Notes under the pieces: model-generated | Database searches by the model: none | What the model was told of the DNA's origin: nothing | What the model saw: only the letters and a program-made list of their open reading frames with translations | DNA from: Nanobdellati archaeon | Lineage (GTDB): Archaea > EX4484-52 > GLR71 | Length of the DNA: 53,762 bases | NCBI GenBank assembly: GCA_019429005.1 | Contig: JAHYJR010000007.1 | Location: 1-53,762, forward strand | Direction of reading: 5' to 3' | Position numbers and translations under genes: made by a program | Shown here: in pieces, positions 49,988-53,762 of the stretch | How positions within the stretch are numbered: position 1 is the stretch's first letter | How the letters are laid out: each line of letters begins with the position of its first letter

Positions 49988-51313
49988 ATGATAAAATTAG
50001 AAAAAACAATGAAATTTTATGATGAAATTAAAAATATGGGGTTTTTTAAAAGATTATTTTCATGGGGTAGTATAATACCTTTACTGACTGAATCCTATTC
50101 TGAAATAACAAAACTTGATGAGATATCAGAAACAAATAATAAGCTTACATCAGATCTCAAAGTTGCAGAAGGAACTATAGAATCATTAACTAATACAATA
50201 AATAAACATGAAATGAAAATATCCAGTTTAGATACTGAGATAAAACATCTGAATCAAGATATCAAGAAAGAAGAATCTGAAGTTGCTAAATTAGAAGAGA
50301 CAAAAGAACAGAACACAGATTTAATATCTAACTTAAAAGCTAATATTAGGACTCTTGAAGATAAAAGAGAGACTTTAACAAAAGAGACTAAAGATTTAAG
50401 CGGTAAAATAAGCCAATTTGAAAAAGTCAAAGAAGAACAACAAAAAAAATACGATGAGACTATTGCAAAACTAGAAAAAAGAGAAGACACTCTTGAAAAG
50501 AGAAGACAAGAACTTGAAGATCAAGAAGTTGGTAAAGAAACACAAAAATTTGAAGAAATGAAAAAAACATGGCGAAATCATGAAATCGCAATTGAACAAT
50601 CAATAAAAAAGATATGCAATAAATATACAATTGATTATTTTGATAAAGAAAAAGTGCCATTCAAAGGTAAACCAGATAACAGCATAAAGATTGCAAACGA
50701 ATTCATCATTTTTGATGCAAAAAGTCCATCAAATGATGATTTAAATAATTTCCCAACATATATCAAAAATCAAGCAATTTCTGTCAAAAAATACATTACA
50801 GAATTAGATGTAAAAAAAGATATTTTTTTAGTCGTACCTACAAACACAATCGATATTTTAGATACAACATTCTATGATATGAGTGATTATAGAGTATATG
50901 TAATAACAATAGATTCTTTAGAACCTATAATACTAAGTCTAAGAAAAATTGAGGATTATGAATTTGCAGAAAAGCTAAGTCCGGAAGACCGAGAATCTAT
51001 ATGTCGTGTTTTAGGTCATTTTGCGCATCACACTAAACGAAGACTCCAGCTTGATACATTTTTAGCTAATGCATCTTTAGACTTGCTTAAAAGTTGTGAA
51101 TACTTGCCTGAAGAAATATTAGATGAAGTAAAAAATCATGAGCTAAAAACAATAATCAATGTCCCTATGGACAAACGTTCTAAAAAGTCCAACTTAGAAA
51201 AACTAATAATTGACACAAAAAGGTTAACTGGTGAAGTTGAGCCTCAAGACATAAATACAAAGCAAACCGCAAAGAAGATTGAGAGTATCGATCTATACAA
51301 CAAAGAAGATTGA
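49988..51313 (+). CDS. Coiled-coil + PD-(D/E)xK nuclease (RmuC-like)
   Basis: About 160-aa coiled coil, then E...KPD...IIFDAK. Confidence 0.75.
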   Translation: MIKLEKTMKFYDEIKNMGFFKRLFSWGSIIPLLTESYSEITKLDEISETNNKLTSDLKVAEGTIESLTNTINKHEMKISSLDTEIKHLNQDIKKEESEVAKLEETKEQNTDLISNLKANIRTLEDKRETLTKETKDLSGKISQFEKVKEEQQKKYDETIAKLEKREDTLEKRRQELEDQEVGKETQKFEEMKKTWRNHEIAIEQSIKKICNKYTIDYFDKEKVPFKGKPDNSIKIANEFIIFDAKSPSNDDLNNFPTYIKNQAISVKKYITELDVKKDIFLVVPTNTIDILDTTFYDMSDYRVYVITIDSLEPIILSLRKIEDYEFAEKLSPEDRESICRVLGHFAHHTKRRLQLDTFLANASLDLLKSCEYLPEEILDEVKNHELKTIINVPMDKRSKKSNLEKLIIDTKRLTGEVEPQDINTKQTAKKIESIDLYNKED

Positions 51314-51315
51314 GT

Positions 51316-53762
51316 ATGAACATAGATAATGTGCGCACAAAGTTAGGCGATGACCTAAAAGTAAACATAGACAGCAAATCTAAGATAAAGTTATGCGCTG
51401 CCTATTTTTCAATATATGCCTTTGATGAACTAAAAAAAGAGCTATCAAAGATAAAAGAATTTTCATTTCTATTTAATTCTCCAACCTTTTTTGAAACAAA
51501 TAATAAGGATAAGAAGGAAAAAGAGTTTTTTATACCACCTTTTGTAAGAGAGAGAACTATTGCTGGTGGTGAATTTGAGATAAAATTAAGAAATAGTCTT
51601 AGTCAGAGAGCAATCGCAAGAGAATGTAGAGAATGGATTGAGAAAAAAGGAAAATTCAAAACTTTAAAGCAAAACATAAGAGCTAATAATGGTATATTCA
51701 TTGAAAATAAAGATGATACGATTGCATATACAAATTTTGACAGCTTTACTGCAGACGGTCTTGGATATGAACAAAATAAAGAACTTATAACTCCAATATA
51801 TCCAAAGATGACAGGTGATAATGCAAAACAATTTATAGATCAATTTAATCAAGTCTGGGATAATAAAGACTTTACAAGTGATGTAACTGAAAAAGTAATT
51901 AATTATATTTCATCAGTCCACAAAGAGAACTCTCCAGAGTACCTTTATTTCATAACACTTTATAATATATTTAGTGAATTTTTAGATGATATCAACGAAG
52001 ACAATATCGCAAATGAAAAAACGGGGTTTAAAGACACATTAATCTGGGATATGATGTATAATTTTCAAAAAGATGCAGTTCTTGGTGCAATAAATAAACT
52101 AGAGAGATTTAATGGATGTATTCTTGCAGATGGCGTAGGTCTTGGAAAAACATTTACAGCTTTAGGTATTATTAAATATTATGAGCTTAGAAATAAGCAA
52201 GTTTTAGTTCTGTGTCCAAAAAGATTATCTGAAAATTGGACAAGTTTTAAATCAAATTATACGACAAATTTATTGTTTAAAGATAGATTTAATTATGATG
52301 TCCTTTTTCATACCGATTTATCAAGAGAACGTGGTGAGAGTAACGGTATAGATCTTGAACGGATTAATTGGGGTAATTATGATTTGATTGTAATTGATGA
52401 AAGTCATAATTTTAGGAATAATACTGCAAGAGCTGACCGTGATACACGTTATCAGACATTGATGAAAAAAGTAATTAGATCTGGTGTTAAAACAAAAGTA
52501 TTGATGCTTTCTGCCACACCAGTCAATAATAAATTTTTGGATTTAAAAAATCAACTAGCTTTAGCTTATGAGGGTGATACAGGGAATATTAATGAGTCTC
52601 TAAATATCTCAAAAGATATAGACTCAGTATTTCGTGATGCACAGGCATCATTTAATGCATGGTCTAAACTAGATACAACTGAGCGCACTACACAAAGACT
52701 ATTAGATTCATTAAGTTTTGATTTTTTTGAATTATTAGATTCAGTAACTATTGCTCGTTCAAGAAAACATATACTGAAATATTATGATACAAAAGATATA
52801 GGAAAATTTCCAGTAAAAAATAAACCAATAAATAAAACTTTTGAATTGACAAGTATAGAAAACTTTCTATCATTTAAAGATTTTTTCGATATATTAAGCT
52901 CATTAAATCTTGAAATATATTCACCGTCAAAATGGATTTTACCAGATAGAAAGGCATATTATGAAGCGAAATATGATACTCAGTTAAGTAATAAATCATC
53001 ATTAAAACAATCAACAAGAGAAACAGGAATTATGAAATTGATGAGAGTCAATATCCTTAAACGGTTAGAGAGTAGCATTGAATCATTTAGGATAACTATG
53101 ACTAAATTAAACAACAATATTGAAATGACACTTAAAGCAATTAATAATTTCAATAATGGTGGTTCTGATGAGTTACAAGCTGTTGATTTAAGTAATGTTG
53201 ATGATGAAGATATAGATAATTATGATAATGGATTCAATATAGGTACAAAAATAAAGATAAATCTTAAAGATATGGATGTCTTATCCTGGGAACGAGAGCT
53301 TAAGCAGGATAATAAAATAATTTCAGACTTATTGGTTGAGATTAAAAAAATAACTCCGCAAAAAGATAGTAAATTAGAAAGTCTTATATCTACAATTGAA
53401 GGAAAAATTAATAGTCCTATAAATCCAGATAATAAAAAAGTGATTATATTTTCAGCTTTTGCAGACACAGTACATTATCTATATGAACATATATCTAAAC
53501 ATTTTTTAGAGAAACATAACTTGCATTCTGCATGTGTCAGTGGGACAAAAACAAATAAATCAACATTAGACATAGGTCATAATGATATGAATCGTATTTT
53601 AACATGTTTTTCTCCAATATCAAAAAATAAAGACTTAATTGGACTTAAAATATCCGGAGATATTGATATTTTAATTGCAACAGACTGTATTTCTGAAGGA
53701 CAAAACTTGCAAGATTGTGATTATTTAATTAACTATGACATCCATTGGAATCCAGTTCGCAT
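51316..53762 (+). CDS. SNF2-family helicase, 3'-truncated by the window edge (not in the ORF track); type usually linked to type III R-M loci
   Basis: Open frame from ATG 51316 to the end: AYFSIYAF, FQKDAV, LADGVGLGKT, DESHNFRN, LSATPVNN, KRLESS and SEGQNLQD..INYDIHWNPVR. Confidence 0.92.
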   Translation, partial: MNIDNVRTKLGDDLKVNIDSKSKIKLCAAYFSIYAFDELKKELSKIKEFSFLFNSPTFFETNNKDKKEKEFFIPPFVRERTIAGGEFEIKLRNSLSQRAIARECREWIEKKGKFKTLKQNIRANNGIFIENKDDTIAYTNFDSFTADGLGYEQNKELITPIYPKMTGDNAKQFIDQFNQVWDNKDFTSDVTEKVINYISSVHKENSPEYLYFITLYNIFSEFLDDINEDNIANEKTGFKDTLIWDMMYNFQKDAVLGAINKLERFNGCILADGVGLGKTFTALGIIKYYELRNKQVLVLCPKRLSENWTSFKSNYTTNLLFKDRFNYDVLFHTDLSRERGESNGIDLERINWGNYDLIVIDESHNFRNNTARADRDTRYQTLMKKVIRSGVKTKVLMLSATPVNNKFLDLKNQLALAYEGDTGNINESLNISKDIDSVFRDAQASFNAWSKLDTTERTTQRLLDSLSFDFFELLDSVTIARSRKHILKYYDTKDIGKFPVKNKPINKTFELTSIENFLSFKDFFDILSSLNLEIYSPSKWILPDRKAYYEAKYDTQLSNKSSLKQSTRETGIMKLMRVNILKRLESSIESFRITMTKLNNNIEMTLKAINNFNNGGSDELQAVDLSNVDDEDIDNYDNGFNIGTKIKINLKDMDVLSWERELKQDNKIISDLLVEIKKITPQKDSKLESLISTIEGKINSPINPDNKKVIIFSAFADTVHYLYEHISKHFLEKHNLHSACVSGTKTNKSTLDIGHNDMNRILTCFSPISKNKDLIGLKISGDIDILIATDCISEGQNLQDCDYLINYDIHWNPVR

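Noticed and set aside
47772-51364. Classical integron attC sites (GTTGAAC at 48970 and GTTAGGC at 51342 fit GTTRRRY)
   Set aside because: No complementary RYYYAAC box at a suitable distance, no consistent attC hairpin and no intI in the window.

Overview
AT-rich archaeal chromosomal segment, probably from a small-genome DPANN lineage (inferred from gene content). Positions 1-44.7 kb hold core genes: mre11, proS, tfb, trm1, an AlkA-like glycosylase, a RecJ-like DHH nuclease, S2P protease, dapA, purF, class I lysS, a YgiQ radical SAM protein, GINS, sua5, the rpl44e-rps27e-aIF2a-nop10-PAC2-rpoK-eno-rps2 operon, tRNA-Lys(UUU) and tRNA-Ile(GAU). An uncharacterised cluster sits at 7.7-15.6 kb (MNT/HEPN-like protein, EndoIV-like TIM barrel, Q/N-rich protein, a paralogue pair, a membrane protein and a large helical protein). 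From about 44.9 kb there is a defence-type island: a Csa3-like CARF-HTH regulator, two ATPases, rhuM, dinD, an RmuC-like nuclease and an SNF2 helicase that runs off the window. Most notable: (1) the last four island gene junctions each carry a degenerate copy of the helicase 5' end (core GAYYTAAAWGTRA), suggesting a repeat-delimited gene-cassette array; (2) a duplicated GC-rich hairpin and CCTAATCCAG motif lie upstream of three DNA-repair genes; (3) there is good internal evidence for ATT start codons; (4) several tandem repeats are anchored on gene stop codons. All calls come from reading the sequence and recognising motifs; no searches were run.
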